A DNA stretch of 34,236 bases from Candidatus Woesearchaeota archaeon (lineage in GTDB: Archaea; Nanobdellota; Nanobdellia; Pacearchaeales; GW2011-AR1): NCBI GenBank assembly GCA_964460535.1, contig CAYWQI010000002.1, positions 7,254 through 41,489 of the forward strand, read 5' to 3'. The notes beneath the pieces are model-generated. The model was given only the letters and a program-made list of their open reading frames with translations. It did not search any database and was not told where the DNA came from. The position numbers and the translations under genes are program-made. Within the stretch, counting starts at the first letter, position 1. The number at the start of each line of letters is the position of its first letter. Positions 9,049-16,826 of this stretch are shown here, one piece after another.

Positions 9049-9286
9049 GGAACCTGCAACACTTGAAGTCCTTCTTAATGATTTTCTTGTTTCTAGATTT
9101 AATAGATAATAAGATATTTTAATTAATATATTCTGAGGTTTTCTTGGATATCTGTGCTTTTGTATTTTTTTAGTATTGATAAATATCTCTACAAATTGTT
9201 AGATTTAAATTATGAAAGTTTTTACTATTAATCTTTTTTCAAGGAAGATATTTGGTTTTATTTTTATAGTCAGGATTATCAGATAC
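9049..9286 (-). mobile_element. MITE-like element, copy C
   Basis: Ends are GGAACCTGCAACAC and GATTATCAGATAC. The interior is collinear with copy H (TTTTAATTAAT...GTGCTTTT...AAAGTTTTTACTATTAATC). Flanking 8-mers GTTTAAAT and TTTTAAAT match 7/8. Confidence 0.75.
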
Positions 9287-9288
9287 TT

Positions 9289-10665
9289 TTAAATCTTCCT
9301 TACAATACTTCCTTTTTCTGTATCATTAATTGTATAACCTTTTTCTTTGAGTTTTTCTCTAATTTCATCTGCTTTTGAAAAGTCCTTGTTTTTTCTTGCA
9401 TTTTTTCTTTCTTTTACTAGGTTTAAAATTTCTTGAGGAATTTTTTCTTGTTTAACAGAAAGTAAATTTAATCCTAAAACTTCATCCATTTTTTTAATAG
9501 TTCTTATTTTTCCTTCTGCTTTTTCATCTTTAATAAGATTTTGCAAAACCTGTATTGCTTCAGGAGTATTTAAATCATCATTAATAGCTTTTTCAAATTG
9601 TTCAAGGTAATCTTGATTTATTTTTTTATCATCTGGAATTTGTGAGATATTTGTTTTTAGTCTTTGATAAGTTTTTTCAGCAGAATCCATTAAAGCAAAA
9701 TCAAATTCTATTAATTTTCTATAATGTGTTAATAATAAAAAATATCTAAAAGCAAGAGGAGTATATCCTTTTTCTTCTAAATTTTTTAATCTAATTATTT
9801 TTCCCTCTGATTTTGACATTTTACCTTGTTTTAAATTAAGATGATTATTATGTATCCAATATTTTACCCAAGGAGTTTTTTCAAAAGCTGCTTCTGCTTG
9901 AGCTATTTCATTTACATGATGAGGATTCATATTATCTATTCCTCCTGTATGGATATCAAATTGTTTTCCAAGATATTTAGAAGACATTGCACAACATTCA
10001 ATATGCCATCCTGGAAAACCAAGACCCCATGGAGAATCCCATTCTTGTTGTCTTTTTCCAGGTTCTTGAGAAAATTTCCATACAACAAAATCTGTTTTAT
10101 TCTTTTTTTCACCAAGATTTATTCTTTTACCTGCTTGAAGTCCTTTAATATCAATTCTTGCTAGTTTTCCGTAATCATTAAGTTTAGAAGTATCAAAATA
10201 AATTCCATCACTTGTTTTATATGTATATCCTTTTTTTTCAAGAATCTTAACAAGTTCTATTTGTTCTTTTATATATTCTGTTGCCCAGGTCCATTTGTCT
10301 GGCATTGTAAAATTCATTTTTTTTAAATCTTCTATAAATACATTAAAATAATATTTAGAAATTTCTTTAGCTGTTTTATTTTCTTTTTTAGCTGCATTTT
10401 CAATTTTGTCATCTCCATCATCAGAATCATTTGTCAGATGCCCAACATCTGTGACATTTATTATATGTTTAACATTAAATCCATTAAAAATAAGGGTTCT
10501 ATATAGAATGTCTTCAAAAACATATCTTCTCATTCCTCCGATGTGTTGATACCAATAAACTGTTGGACCGCATCCATAAAAACCTACTTTTTTTCCTTCC
10601 TTGTCTAGAGGAATAAATTCTTGTTTTTTTCTTGTTAATGTGTTATAGAGTTTTAATTTTGTCAT
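9289..10665 (-). CDS. cysS: Cysteinyl-tRNA synthetase
   Basis: 458 aa with a HIGH-type motif (HIGGMR), KMSKS (GKMSKSEG) and the class I CysRS pattern (CGPTVY, GWHIEC). Confidence 0.95.
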   Translation of the reverse strand: MTKLKLYNTLTRKKQEFIPLDKEGKKVGFYGCGPTVYWYQHIGGMRRYVFEDILYRTLIFNGFNVKHIINVTDVGHLTNDSDDGDDKIENAAKKENKTAKEISKYYFNVFIEDLKKMNFTMPDKWTWATEYIKEQIELVKILEKKGYTYKTSDGIYFDTSKLNDYGKLARIDIKGLQAGKRINLGEKKNKTDFVVWKFSQEPGKRQQEWDSPWGLGFPGWHIECCAMSSKYLGKQFDIHTGGIDNMNPHHVNEIAQAEAAFEKTPWVKYWIHNNHLNLKQGKMSKSEGKIIRLKNLEEKGYTPLAFRYFLLLTHYRKLIEFDFALMDSAEKTYQRLKTNISQIPDDKKINQDYLEQFEKAINDDLNTPEAIQVLQNLIKDEKAEGKIRTIKKMDEVLGLNLLSVKQEKIPQEILNLVKERKNARKNKDFSKADEIREKLKEKGYTINDTEKGSIVRKI

Positions 10666-10714
10666 CTTATATAATTCTTAAGAAAAAATAACTTTAAAAA
10701 ACTTTCAATTAACA

Positions 10715-10935
10715 GTATCTTGTAATACTTGGAGTTTTTACTTAATAATTTCCTGATTAAAAGATTTAATAGATTAACTAATGTCTTTAGATTTTTTTAG
10801 ATAAATGTGTCTTTGTATTTTTCTATTCTTAAGAAATATTTTTTTAACTTGTTATGTTTAGTCTTTAAAGTTTTTTGTTAATGTTAAGTAGATAATGTTA
10901 AGCAAACTTCATAACTTAATCTAAAGGTTGCTTGG
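10715..10935 (-). mobile_element. MITE-like element, copy C2 (right end degenerate)
   Basis: Left end GTATCTTGTAATACTTGGAGTTTTT...AATAATTTCCTG is collinear with copy H through AAAGTTTTTTGTTAATG. The right terminus is not recognisable. Confidence 0.5.
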
Positions 10936-11063
10936 GCAATTTTAAATTTTCCTATGATATCTTTTTTTATTAAACCACTTTCTCTACTATTCTATTTTTC
11001 TATTAATTAAATATTTAAATTTACTAATTAAATCTATTTTGTAGTGGGTGTTGCAAGATACAA

Positions 11064-11639
11064 TTAACAAACAGTTGTTGTCAATGCACCTACAGAAGTA
11101 ATATCTAGTCTCATATAATGTGTTTCTGTTCCAAGACCTTCTTTTGTTGCTTCTACTTTTAATCTTATTGTTGTAGAATCAACTTTTTGAGGTGGTTTAA
11201 TAGTTATGAAATTAACAATGTTTTCTCCAGGAGAAATTGAAACTCCTTGAACTTCATCTTCAATAATCCAACTTTCTATTTGTTCTTCAGAAGGATTTCC
11301 TTCAAGTTTTTTTATTTCTGTTACTTTAAAATCATATTTTACATTTTCATTTGAGATAATTATACATCCAAGAGTTTTTGAATTTCCATCTGCTCCGATT
11401 TTTTGCATTTTCTCTTCTCCAACACATTTAACTTCGTATTCTTGGCTTCCAAATAAACTAGTTATTTCTCCTTTAACTGAATCTGTTATATCATCTGAAA
11501 TTGCAATACCAGAACACATTATGTTTCTTACAAAAATTAATCCAAGAATCAAAACACTAACAAGAAGAACAATAGTTACAATTGTTCCCATTGACATTTC
11601 CATTGCTGCTTTTTTGTTTTGGATTTTCATTTTATGCAA
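11064..11639 (-). CDS. Putative type IV pilin-like / class III signal peptide protein
   Basis: The N-terminus KKAAMEMSMGTIVTIVLLVSVLILGLIF is a basic stretch, small residues, then a hydrophobic helix, followed by a probably beta-rich soluble domain. Confidence 0.4.
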   Translation of the reverse strand: MHKMKIQNKKAAMEMSMGTIVTIVLLVSVLILGLIFVRNIMCSGIAISDDITDSVKGEITSLFGSQEYEVKCVGEEKMQKIGADGNSKTLGCIIISNENVKYDFKVTEIKKLEGNPSEEQIESWIIEDEVQGVSISPGENIVNFITIKPPQKVDSTTIRLKVEATKEGLGTETHYMRLDITSVGALTTTVC

Positions 11640-11889
11640 TTCCTAGTTGAGCAGAATTCATATAATAATAAATATTTAATCCAATAAAAATACTTAGGAC
11701 AATTATTCCAAGTATTAATCCAACAAGATTTAGAGTCTTTGCCTTTTTCTTTAATTCTCCTTTTTGGTTTTTAATAAAAACAAGACCAATTATTGCTAGA
11801 ACAATTCCTGCAAAAGGTTGAACTAAAGAAAGAACAATACTTAAAATACCTAGGATATAACTAGTTAATTGTTTTTCCTCTTTTTTCAT
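11632..11889 (-). CDS. Small membrane protein (two or three helices)
   Basis: 85-aa hydrophobic ORF overlapping the downstream pilin-like gene by 8 nt. Confidence 0.4.
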   Translation of the reverse strand: MKKEEKQLTSYILGILSIVLSLVQPFAGIVLAIIGLVFIKNQKGELKKKAKTLNLVGLILGIIVLSIFIGLNIYYYMNSAQLGIA

Positions 11890-11987
11890 TGTAAAAAATT
11901 AAGGTTAAGGGTGTTTATAAAGTTTTTTGTGTTTTGGTTTTTGAATTAAAAACATTTAAAGAACAATTTATTCTTTAGATATTTTAA

Positions 11988-12614
11988 ATGTTAAATGAGA
12001 ATATTGCAGAACTTGTTGGCATATTAATTGGTGATGGATATATCTATAGAAAAAATAATAAATATCAAATAGGTTTTGTAGGAAATCCTATTACAGATAA
12101 AGAACTTTTTTTTAGAATCCAGAAGATATTATTAGAAGAGTTTAATAAAGAATCTAAATTAACCTTTAGAGAAAGAGGGCTAAGGTTTGTTATTAATTCA
12201 AAAGAAATTAGTAATTTTCTTGTCAATGGATTAAGAATTCCTTATGGAGAGGATAAATGTGAAAAAGTTATTATTCCAAAAGTTTTTATGAATGACTGGA
12301 AATTGTCCAGAAAAGTTTTAAGAGGAATTATGGATACTGATGGAACTGTTTTTGTTTCAAAAAAACCAGGTATAGAAAAATATCCTACCATGGAAATAAC
12401 AACTGTAAGTCAAAAATTAGCCATACAAATTAAGAAAATTTTAGATGAACAAGGATTCAGAGTAGGGAATATAAGAAAATCTCTTTCAAAAATGAATAAA
12501 AGATTTGCATATAGGGTTCCTCTTTATGGAAAAAATAATCTTAAAAAATGGTTAAAAGAAATTGGATTTTCCAATATTTACAAAAAAAACCGTGCCCAAT
12601 CTTATATCCAGTAA
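11988..12614 (+). CDS. Free-standing double-motif LAGLIDADG homing endonuclease-like protein
   Basis: Motifs LVGILIGDGYI and LRGIMDTDGTV. It is not embedded in any recognisable intron or intein and ends 65 nt upstream of the intron-containing tRNA-Phe. Confidence 0.75.
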   Translation: MLNENIAELVGILIGDGYIYRKNNKYQIGFVGNPITDKELFFRIQKILLEEFNKESKLTFRERGLRFVINSKEISNFLVNGLRIPYGEDKCEKVIIPKVFMNDWKLSRKVLRGIMDTDGTVFVSKKPGIEKYPTMEITTVSQKLAIQIKKILDEQGFRVGNIRKSLSKMNKRFAYRVPLYGKNNLKKWLKEIGFSNIYKKNRAQSYIQ

Positions 12615-12679
12615 ATTTAAAAAGAGATTTTTTCTTTATATTCTGGAAGACATCATGGTTTTATTCCGTTGGCACTTTT

Positions 12680-12787
12680 GGGGCCCTAGCTCAGCGGGAG
12701 AGCACATGTTTGTTTTAGTCTTATATGGATTAAAGCAATGTGAAACTGAAGATCATGGTGTCCCGGGTTCGACTCCCGGGGGCCCCA
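12680..12787 (+). tRNA. tRNA-Phe(GAA) with a 36-nt intron (12709-12744) in the 5' strand of the anticodon stem
   Basis: Acceptor GGGGCCC/GGGCCCC plus discriminator A. D arm GCTC-AGCGGGA-GAGC, T arm CCGGG-TTCGACT-CCCGG, variable GTGTC. Anticodon loop CTGAAGA (GAA at 12748-12750) is closed by CATG(A)/TCATG only after removing 12709-12744. Confidence 0.85.
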
Positions 12788-12850
12788 TTTAAGAGTTCTT
12801 ATTTCCTCAAATTCTAAAGAACTCTTTCATCGCTCCCGCGATGTTGAAAT

Positions 12851-12941
12851 AGACTCAAACAGTATGTCTTTGGTTTGACCGAGTTAATCTAATTTATTAT
12901 ATTCTGAAAGTAAATGTAAAAAATAAAATTAGGTTAAGGAG
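12851..12941 (+). repeat. 91-bp direct repeat, copy 1
   Basis: AGACTCAAACAGTATGTCTTTGGTTTGACCGAGTTAATCTAATTTATTATATTCTGAAAGTAAATGTAAAAAATAAAATTAGGTTAAGGAG. It differs from copy 2 at 3 positions, all in the first 16 nt. Confidence 0.9.
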
Positions 12942-13005
12942 ACAGGGGGCCCATTTTGAGATGAAGCAAAAATTCCATCTCAATTTTGTTCTCGGGTTTT
13001 GGATT

Positions 13006-13096
13006 AGATTCAAACTATATGTCTTTGGTTTGACCGAGTTAATCTAATTTATTATATTCTGAAAGTAAATGTAAAAAATAAAATTAGGTTAAGGAG
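13006..13096 (+). repeat. 91-bp direct repeat, copy 2
   Basis: Near-identical to 12851-12941 with a 155-bp period. It is followed by CCCGGGGGCCATTT, a copy of the tRNA-Phe 3' end. Confidence 0.9.
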
Positions 13097-13189
13097 TTTC
13101 CCGGGGGCCATTTCTGAAGAGGATGTAATTCTAAAATAGTAACTACATGGAAAAGTTTAAAAAGTTAATTTTGTATAAATTTTAAGAAA

Positions 13190-13570
13190 ATGGCAAATGA
13201 AACAAGAACACCAAAAAGCAAATTAGGAAGAATAACAAATATGGTTGTCTCTAAATGTCCTGAGATTACTGATATTTTCATAGCAACTTCAGAGGGGGAG
13301 TTTGGGAGATTTACAATCCAGAATAAGGAAGCCTCAGTGGATAATGAATTAAGATACAAAGAATTAGATTTGCAAGGATATTTATCCGAGACTCAGCACC
13401 ATATTGGACATAAGAATATTGGTGCTGATTATGCTAGTAGAAGGGTTGAAGATAGGAGGCAAGAATATTTAAAGAAAATGATAGAAAAAAAAGATCAATT
13501 TGAAGAACCAAATCCAGATTATCAAATTGAACATTTAAGAGAAGAAATTGAAGATAGGAGAAGAGAATAA
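13190..13570 (+). CDS. Hypothetical protein, highly charged C-terminus
   Basis: 126-aa ORF with no recognisable motifs. Confidence 0.4.
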   Translation: MANETRTPKSKLGRITNMVVSKCPEITDIFIATSEGEFGRFTIQNKEASVDNELRYKELDLQGYLSETQHHIGHKNIGADYASRRVEDRRQEYLKKMIEKKDQFEEPNPDYQIEHLREEIEDRRRE

Positions 13571-13628
13571 AATTTTATATTTAAATCAGAGGTGTTCGTT
13601 ATAGAACACTGGAGTTATATAGAATAAT

Positions 13629-14083
13629 ATGAGAAAAAAACATTATTTAACAATATTTTACAATTAAGTATATTAACATCTGCTCTATTTTTAGGAGGAT
13701 GTATTTATAATTCAAAAACAAGAAGAGATACAGAAATAAATATAAATTCTTCTTTTGTTGAAAGAATTTATGAAGTTCCTTCAAAAGATTGGCTTAGAGA
13801 TTATGTTAATTCCATATCTACCTCTTTAGATAATAAATATTATGATTTTGCTTATTGTAAATTAGAGGTTTTAGAAAGATTTGGATATGATTTAGGTGAA
13901 TCAAAAGATATATTAAAAGAAGAAATTTTTGACGATTTGAATAAAAGAAGCAGAGATATAACAATTCCTTCTTCAGATAGAAAAATGTACTCTCTTTTAT
14001 TAAAAAGAGTTTGCCAACAAGTTAGTAATAAAGTTGAGTCAAATCTTCAAGAAAAAGTTCTTAATAACTATAAAGAAGAATAA
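13629..14083 (+). pseudogene. Lipoprotein-like gene interrupted by a frameshift at an A7 run (or homopolymer-length variant)
   Basis: ATG at 13629 stops after 12 codons. One extra A in the run 13634-13640 would give MRKKTLFNNILQLSILTSALFLGGC (a lipobox-like signal) followed by about 125 further codons open to TAA at 14081-14083. The ORF track misses it because the long frame has no start codon. Confidence 0.6.
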
Positions 14084-14668
14084 ATTATATTTAAATCATT
14101 TAAGATATCTTTATATTATAAAAACCCCTCCTTATTTGTTCCAAAACCCCCCTTACCATCTTTATTATCATCATTATTATTGTTTTTATTTATTCTTTAT
14201 GCCCTACTAAAAAAACACAACACTCTAAAACTTTACTACTTTTGTAGAAAGAACACTTGTCATTTTTAAGAAGTAACACAACCGAAAGGTTTATAAAGTT
14301 CAAAGTATTAGATTTATTATCACCTCTTTTTGCCCAGGAGAGGCTCTGAGCTAACTGTTTGGCTGGTTCAGAGAATCTCCCAGGGTTATAATCATAATTA
14401 TATTCTTTAAAGAGATTCACAATACAAAGGATGAGAAAAAAGATTGAAAAATTAATTATACAATCATCCCAATGAAGCAAAATTATTTTTATAGGCTTCC
14501 AGAGTATTGTGAATATTTATATTTATACTTATACTGAACAAAAGATTGGGTTTATTAATAACAATAATATGTTAAACATTGCCCATGTTCATATTTTTTA
14601 TATTAAATTATTTTTAAAGTATAATTTTATGTAAATTTATTTTAAAAAAAAGAAAGATGTTCATTACT

Positions 14669-14868
14669 GTATCTGGTATCACTAAATACAAAAATAAATA
14701 AAATACATTCCTTGAAAAAAAATTAATAGTAAAAACTTTTCGAGTTTAGATATAGGGAGTTCTAGAAATATCTTTTTATAGTAAAAAAATTCAAAGGCAC
14801 AGATATCCAAGAAAAATTCAGATTACATTAATAATTTAGATCTTTGAATATTAAAAAATAAAAAAAAT
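14669..14868 (+). mobile_element. MITE-like element, copy D (right arm degenerate)
   Basis: Left end GTATCTGGTATCAC, core AATTAATAGTAAAAACTTTT...AAAGGCACAGATATCCAAGAAAAATTCAGATTACATTAATAA. The right terminus is not recognisable and runs up to the stop codon of the KaiC-like gene. Confidence 0.55.
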
Positions 14869-15897
14869 TTAAGTTAAGTTAAAGTTTTTCTTCTTTTTAT
14901 CAAGAATCTTATTCGGATTTATCATAACTCCTTTTTTGTTAACTATTTGAAGATCAACTATTTTTTTAGTGAAATTTGAACCTCTCATTTTCAATACTTC
15001 AATTGCTGAACCTCTTTGACCATTGTCATAAATCACATTATAAATAACAATAATACCATCTGATAAGAATGAAACTGCTTCACCTTGTTCTGTAAAAGTT
15101 GTTCCTACATGACTTGGAGATGAAACTTCTCTAATTAAGAAATTAGTGATTTTATTTCTTTCTAAGTATCTAAATAATTGTTCCATATATATTCTAAAAC
15201 GACTTTGTTGTCCTGAGAAAGCTGAAGCAATACTTGTTAGTGAATCAATAACTACAAAATCAGGATTATAGTCTTGTGGAAAAAACACAGGGTCAACTTC
15301 AATTAATAATTCTTTTTTAGCAGCACTTAATAAAGCTTCAATAGATCTTGAAACATCAATTGCATCAAATCTTTTTATTCTTAATAATCCTTTTTTGATA
15401 TATTCTCTTGGTTTCCATCCAAAGTTTTCCATGTGGGATATAAGATTTTCTTCAGGTTCTTCAAAACTCATGTATAAACCTTTTTTACCTTTTTTACATA
15501 ATTCATTTAATGTGGCAAGACAAAAAATAGTTTTACCACTTCCAGGACCTCCCTCTACTAGAACAGCAGCTCCATCAGGTATTCCAGAATTTTTATCAAA
15601 AAGTGCGTCAAATCCTTTCATTCCTGTTTGGATATATCTTGGGCTTTCTTTTTTTATATTTTTATTTGGAGATTTTTTAGATTTAATATCTTTAACTTTG
15701 CCTTCTGTTTTCAAGTCTTTTCTTAATCTTTTTACAACATTATCTAATTTTTTCTTTTCTTCTTTAGTGGGTTTCTTATTCTTTGATTTTAAGGAATTCT
15801 TTTTAGAAGAATTATTTTTTTTATTAGAATCTTTTTTATTTTTCTTAGATATATCTTTAGATTTCATACTTTTTTTCACACTCTTTTTTTTCACCAT
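14869..15897 (-). CDS. KaiC/RadA-like RecA-superfamily ATPase with an N-terminal Lys-rich tail of about 85 aa
   Basis: Walker A GGPGSGKT, Walker B-like FVVIDS, and a KaiC-family C-terminal pattern (AIEVLKMRGS). The first ~85 residues are low-complexity K/S/N-rich. Confidence 0.75.
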   Translation of the reverse strand: MVKKKSVKKSMKSKDISKKNKKDSNKKNNSSKKNSLKSKNKKPTKEEKKKLDNVVKRLRKDLKTEGKVKDIKSKKSPNKNIKKESPRYIQTGMKGFDALFDKNSGIPDGAAVLVEGGPGSGKTIFCLATLNELCKKGKKGLYMSFEEPEENLISHMENFGWKPREYIKKGLLRIKRFDAIDVSRSIEALLSAAKKELLIEVDPVFFPQDYNPDFVVIDSLTSIASAFSGQQSRFRIYMEQLFRYLERNKITNFLIREVSSPSHVGTTFTEQGEAVSFLSDGIIVIYNVIYDNGQRGSAIEVLKMRGSNFTKKIVDLQIVNKKGVMINPNKILDKKKKNFNLT

Positions 15898-15940
15898 ATT
15901 TTATTTAATATTTTTTTATTTATAAAGGTTTTGTTGGTTT

Positions 15941-16168
15941 GTATCTGGTAATCCTAACTATAAAAATAAAATTAAATATATTTCTTGAAAAAAGATTAAT
16001 AGTAAATACTTTTAATAGGAGTGTAAAGGCTTGTAAAATATAATCAATGTTTAATCAATAATTTCTTAGTTCTAGTAATTCAAAAAAATCCAGATTGTAT
16101 TAATTAAAACTTCTCAATTTTGTAGCCTAAGTAGATTATTAATAAAAAGATAATTTTGTTTCCAGGCT
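15941..16168 (+). mobile_element. MITE-like element, copy E (subfamily with GTGTAAAGGCTTGTAAAATATA core)
   Basis: Left end GTATCTGGTAATCC, then GATTAATAGTAAATAC, TTAATTAAAAC and right end TTTCCAGGCTC. It lies 44 bp upstream of the KaiC-like start codon. Confidence 0.65.
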
Positions 16169-16338
16169 CTATTAAAGTTATTGATTTATTTTTAATAATC
16201 CTTTAGTAAACTTTGAAATTTTAATTAATAATTTTCTGTTTATATAAATTTCAAGATAATATTGATTTCTTGATTTGTAAAATAATTAATTTTTTAATAA
16301 ACCAAAAGATTTAATAATCTTAATAACTCAAAAACTTT

Positions 16339-16794
16339 ATGGTTTCAAAACAAGTTATAACTTTGGCTGTTACTTTGGTAGCATTGGCATCCTTGATTTT
16401 ATTAGTTGGAAATTTTCTTGGAATTACTGGTAATGTTTTAATTGATGTTAAAGGTGATTTTGAACAAAATGATACTTTAGAAGGAAATCTAGTTTTAGAT
16501 ATTGAAGAAGGAGATTCTTTAAGTGAAGATTTATCCATGTTATTAATGGTAAGTAAAAATGATTCTGTTTTAAGTGCTGAAACATTTTCATTAAAAAGTT
16601 ATTTGGAATTAACTGAACAAGAAATTTTACCTGTGACTAAACCTGATGGAAAGTATTATGAACAAGTTGGAACGTATAAAAACAATATTAAAGATATGAT
16701 TGATTTTACATTTGAAGAACCTGGTAAATATGAATTATTATTTGCAATACCAAGTTTAGATATAACTGAAAGAAAAGTTTTTTTAATTGAATAG
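16339..16794 (+). CDS. Hypothetical secreted or membrane-anchored protein
   Basis: 151-aa ORF with an N-terminal hydrophobic helix (ITLAVTLVALASLILLVG). Confidence 0.45.
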   Translation: MVSKQVITLAVTLVALASLILLVGNFLGITGNVLIDVKGDFEQNDTLEGNLVLDIEEGDSLSEDLSMLLMVSKNDSVLSAETFSLKSYLELTEQEILPVTKPDGKYYEQVGTYKNNIKDMIDFTFEEPGKYELLFAIPSLDITERKVFLIE

Positions 16795-16826
16795 TTTTAT
16801 ATTTTTTAATTTGTAATATTTAGATT

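Noticed and set aside
12562-12792. 76-aa ORF overlapping tRNA-Phe.
   Set aside because: Its C-terminal half is a translation of the tRNA gene itself. The tRNA cloverleaf explains the sequence.
12851-13096. The 155-bp periodic repeats as a CRISPR array.
   Set aside because: There are only two copies, the repeat units are 91 bp, and there is no short palindromic repeat and spacer architecture. No cas genes are present.
14190-14480. 96-aa ORF on the minus strand.
   Set aside because: It has no start context, no motifs and odd composition, and it overlaps a hairpin-forming segment. It was kept only as a possible non-coding feature.
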